From a virus (Duplodnaviria; Caudoviricetes), in IMG/VR virus record IMGVR_UViG_3300043406_000131, positions 3,872 to 67,871 of that record: DNA of 64,000 bases. One strand, given 5' to 3'. Below, one piece after another: positions 63,307-64,000 of this stretch. The stretch's first letter is position 1. Each line of letters starts with the position of its first letter. A program made the position numbers and the translations under genes. The notes below the pieces were generated by a model. That model made no database searches and was not told the DNA's origin. It was given only the letters and a program-made list of their open reading frames with translations.

Positions 63307-64000
63307 TGCGCACCGCCGGCAAGTCCGCCTCACACACCGTCTCCGCTCTCCTCCCCTACTTCGGTGGGAAGCGGACCACCGCGCCTGCGATAGTCGCGCA
63401 CCTCGATGGGGTTGATGCCGACGGCCGGGTGCGGCCTCATCACTCGTTCTGGGATGTGTTCTGCGGGAGTCTGGCACCGTTGCTGGCCAAGCCCAAGTCG
63501 CGGGTGGAGGTGGTCAGCGATCTCCACAGCGACGTTACCAACCTCGCGACAGTGCTGGCCGATCGCCGCGACGGGCCGGCAGTGATCCGGTATCTGCGCC
63601 GGGTCAGGTTCGCCGAGCGGACATTCAGCGACGCGGTGTATTGCGTCAGGCAACCGGTGAGTGACGCATTCGCCGCGGGTCTGGCGACCGACCCGAATCG
63701 AGCCGCGCAGTTCTTTGTGTTCTCGTGGATGGGGGCGAACGGGTTTGCCGGGACCGTGGATGCGACGAAATCCCCCCGGTTCTGTGTGCGGTTCACATCG
63801 ACGGGTGGGGACGGAGCTCGCCGGTGGCAATCAGCCGTGGCGAGCCTCCCGCAGTTCAGGGATCGGATGGCAGGGGTGACGGTGCTGACCCGGGATGCGT
63901 TCGAGTTGATCCCGAAGATCGAGGACGTTGAGGGGGTCACTGTGTATTGCGACCCGCCCTATTTTTCGAAGACCGTCCAGTACGTCCACGACTTCACTGA
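63306..64000 (+). CDS. dam: Dam-like (D12 class) N6-adenine DNA methyltransferase, 3'-truncated
   Basis: PYFGGK, DVFCGS, VSDLH, YCDPPY; frame open to window end and absent from the ORF track. Confidence 0.88.
   Translation, partial: MRTAGKSASHTVSALLPYFGGKRTTAPAIVAHLDGVDADGRVRPHHSFWDVFCGSLAPLLAKPKSRVEVVSDLHSDVTNLATVLADRRDGPAVIRYLRRVRFAERTFSDAVYCVRQPVSDAFAAGLATDPNRAAQFFVFSWMGANGFAGTVDATKSPRFCVRFTSTGGDGARRWQSAVASLPQFRDRMAGVTVLTRDAFELIPKIEDVEGVTVYCDPPYFSKTVQYVHDFT

Larger units (their letters stand above)
1..64000. mobile_element. Temperate siphovirus-like phage genome (probably excised/circularly permuted form), likely Gemmataceae/Planctomycetota host
   Basis: Terminase-portal-protease-capsid-tail-tape measure order, integrase with internal att core, repressors, recombination and methylase genes; no host housekeeping block. 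Confidence 0.93.

Overview
The whole window looks like most of the genome of a GC-rich temperate tailed phage (lambda-like portal, GpA-type terminase, long non-contractile tail module). The host is most likely a Gemmataceae/Planctomycetota bacterium, inferred from three TIGR02996-type motifs, a planctomycete-type integrase arm domain and Cys/Gly-rich exported proteins. No host housekeeping block is present. Gene order: replication (dnaN, nuclease, primase, P-loop helicase-like protein, putative origin; 1-6.3 kb), small accessory and Zn-finger genes (6.3-12.3 kb), packaging/head/tail (12.3-29.4 kb), a lysis-position cassette with a holin-like protein and a papain-like protease but no recognisable endolysin (29.4-35.9 kb), an XRE repressor with three copies of one promoter/operator cassette (36-40 kb), an attP-like 3' half of tRNA-Val(GAC) next to a tyrosine integrase (40.6-42.3 kb), a second RHH/HTH switch, then an early operon with RecT-like, DUF669-like, DUF2303-like, RecD2, three methyltransferase, J-domain, HD and MazG-like genes. 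Phage genes flank the att core on both sides, so this is probably the excised or circularly permuted form. The most unusual signal is a set of about ten tRNA-shaped RNAs between early genes. Most keep well-paired acceptor stems and often T arms, but have collapsed or aberrant anticodon loops. All family assignments are from motif recognition by eye; no searches were run.
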